This document shows, piece after piece, positions 61,134 to 64,000 of a stretch of 64,000 nt of DNA (positions are counted from its first letter, which is position 1; each line of letters opens with the position of its first letter). Position numbers and translations under genes: made by a program. The DNA comes from Squalus acanthias. Lineage: Eukaryota. The notes beneath the pieces were generated by a model. The model was not told the origin of the DNA. It was given only the letters and a program-made list of their open reading frames with translations, and did not search any database. The stretch is from assembly GCA_030390025.1 (NCBI GenBank), contig CM059432.1, positions 72,542,001-72,606,000 of the forward strand, written 5' to 3'.

Positions 61134-63695
61134 GGACTTCAATGTCCATCACCAAGAGTGGCATGGTAGCACCACTACTGACCGGGCTGGCTGAGTCCTG
61201 AAGGACATAGCTGCCAGTCTAGGCCTGCGACAGGTGGTGAGAGAACCAACACAAGGGATAAATCTACTTGACCTCGTCCTCACCAATCTACCTGTCGCAG
61301 ATACATCTGTCCTTGACAGTAATGGTAGCAGTGACCACCGCACAGTCATTGTGGAGACGAAGTCCCGTCTTCACACTGAGGACACCCTCCATCGTGTTGT
61401 GTGGCACTACCACCGTGCTAAATGGGATAGATTCAGAACAGATCTAGCAGCTCAAAACTGGGCATCCATGAGGCGCTGTGGGCCATCAGCAGCAGCTGAA
61501 TTGTACTTCACCACAATCTGTAACCTCATGGCCTGGAATATCCCTCACTCTACCATTACCATCAAGCCAGGGGACCAACCTTGGTTCAATAAGGAGTGTA
61601 GAACAGCATGCCAGGAGCAGCACCAGGCGTACCTAAAAATGAGGTGCCAACCTGGGGAAGCAGCAACACAGGACTACATGCATGCTAAAAAGTGGAAGCA
61701 GCATGATATAGACAGGGTTAAGCGATCACACAACCAATGGATCAGATCAAAACTCTGCAGTCCTGCCACATCCAGTCGTGAATGGTGGTGGACCATTAAG
61801 CAACTGACGGGAGGAGGAGGCTCCATGAATATCCCCATCCTCAATGATGGTGGAGCCCAGTACGTGAGTGCAAAAGACAAAGCTGAAGCGTTTGCAACAA
61901 TCTTTAGCCAGAAGTGCCAAGTGGATGATCCATATCGGCCGACTCCCGAGGTCCCCACCATCACAGAAGCCAGTCTTCGACCAATTCGATTCACTCCACG
62001 TGATATCAAGAAACAGCTGAGCGCACTGGATACAGCAAAGGCTATGGGCCCCGACAACATCCCGGCTATCGTGCTGAAGACTTGTGCTCCAGAACTAGCC
62101 GCGCCTCTAGCCAAGCTGTTCCAGTACAGCTACAACACTGGCATCCTATCCAACAATGTGGAAAACTGCCCAGGTATGTCCTGTCCACAAAAAGCAGGAC
62201 AAATCCAATAGAAGCATAGAAGATAGGAGCAGGAGTAGGCCATTCAGCCCCTCGAGCCTGCTCCGCCATTTAATGAGATCATGGCTGATCATCCAAATTC
62301 AGTACCCTGTCCCTGCAATCCGGCCAATTACTGCCCCATCAGTCTACTCTCAATCATCAGCAAAGTGATGGAAGGTGTCATCAACAGTGCTATTAAGCGG
62401 CACTTACTCACCAATAACCTGCTCACTGATGCCCAGTTTGGGTTCCGCCAAGACCACTCAGCTCCCGACCTCATTACAGCCTTGGTCCAAACATGGACAA
62501 AAGAGCTGAATTCCAGAGGTGAGGTGAGAGTGACTGCCCTTGACATCAAGGCAGCATTTGACCGAGTGTGGCATCAAGGAGCCCTAGTAAAACTGAAGTC
62601 AATGGGAATCGGGGGGAAAACTCTCCACTGGCTAGAGTCATACCTAGCACAAAGGAAGATGGTCGTGGTGGTTGAAGGTCAATCATGACAGCCCCAGGAC
62701 ATCGCTGCAGGAGTTCCTCAGGGCAGCGTCCTAGGCCCAACCATCTTCAGCTGCTTCATCAATGACCTTCCCTCCAATATAAGGTCAGAAATGGGGATGT
62801 TCGCTGATGACTGCAGTGTTCAGCACCATTCACAACTCCTCAGATAATGAAGCAGTCCATGCCCGCATGCAATAAGACCTGGACGACGTTCAGGCTTGGG
62901 CTGATAAGTGGCAGGTAACATTCGTGCCACAGAAGTGCCAGGCAATGACTATCTCCAACAAGTAAGAGTCTAACCACCGCCCCTTGACATTCAATGGGAT
63001 TACCATCGCTGAATCCCCCACCATCAACATCCTGGGGGTCGCCATTGACCAGAAACTTAACTGGACTAGCCACATAAATACTGTGGCAACAAGAGCAGGT
63101 CAGAGGTTAGGTATTCTGTGGCGAGTGTCTCACCTCCTGACTCCCCAAAGCCTTTCCACCATCTGCAAGGCACAAGTAAGCAGTGTAATGGAATACTCTC
63201 CACTTGCCTGGATGAGTGCAGCTCCAACAACACTCAAGAAGCTCGACACCATCCAGGACAAAGCAGCCCGTTTGATTGGCACCCCATCCAACATCTTAAA
63301 CATTCACTCCCTCCACCACCGGCGTACCGTGGCTGCAGTGTGTACCATCTACAAGATGCACTGCAGCAACTCGCCAAGGCTTCTTCGGCAGCACCTCCCA
63401 AACCCGTGACCTCTTCCACCTAGAAGGACAAGGGCAGCAGGCACATGGGAACACCACCACCTCCAAGTTCCCCTCCAAGTCACACACCATCCTGAAGTAT
63501 ATCGCCAATCCTTCATCGTCGCTGGGTTAAAATCCTGGAACTCCCTACCTAACAGCACTGTGGGAGTACCTTCACCACATGGACTGCAGCAGTTCAAGAA
63601 GGTGGCTCACCACCACCTTCTCAAGGGCAATTAGGGATGGGCAATAAATGCTGGCCTTGCCAGCGACGCCCACATCCCATAAACGAATAAAAAAT
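61134..63695 (+). mobile_element. CR1-group LINE, 5'-truncated (same family as the ERV host LINE)
   Basis: [41 protein letters not shown]; 3' tail ending gaataaaaaa. Confidence 0.93.
62209..62316 (-). mobile_element. SINE/CR1 tail fragment inserted in the LINE
   Basis: Matches 39890-39991; interrupts the LINE motif KSN/PANY. Confidence 0.8.
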
Positions 63696-64000
63696 AAGTG
63701 TCTCAGCTTTTCTCAGATGCATGTACTAATCAATATAGCTTCAAATAAGAATTAATCATTTCTTGATGTTTATTTTAGTCACTCTTCTTATGTATTACTG
63801 CTAATAAAAAAACTAAGCAAAAGTGCAATGATTATTCTGTATAGAATGTACAAGAGACACTAGAAGGAACTAATTGAATATCTTTCTCAATGACACCCAG
63901 TCACACTCATGTTTCACATAATATATTCCACATGTGATTTACAGCAGGAAACAACATTATAATGTTCATTCTGTGTAGTGTGATGGACAAATCCAATGTA

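Overview
Vertebrate nuclear DNA, very probably from a shark or ray (it carries HE1-type V-SINE and Deu-SINE repeats). The only host gene is the 3' part of a p97-cofactor SEP-UBX gene (UBXN2B/p37-like, NSFL1C/p47 family): six coding exons on the + strand between 488 and 28459. Nearly everything else is nested mobile DNA. This includes three near-full-length two-gene PIF/Harbinger transposons plus their MITEs and deletion derivatives, CR1, L2 and RTE LINEs, SINEs, a pogo-like MITE, a probable DIRS relic, and Penelope-like elements with minimal hammerhead ribozymes. The centrepiece is a young 15.2-kb endogenous retrovirus on the - strand (39236-54457, GTTG target duplication, ~1.67-kb LTRs, tRNA-Arg PBS). 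Its gag and pol are in frame and separated only by a UGA-CUA readthrough-type stop. Pol has a tether plus a second RNase H. Env looks like a paramyxo/pneumovirus F-type fusogen preceded by an Ig-like domain, which is a lokiretrovirus-like architecture. All analysis was by eye: TIR, TSD and exon coordinates were read directly, boundaries of degraded repeats are approximate, and family names are recalled from motifs rather than from database searches.
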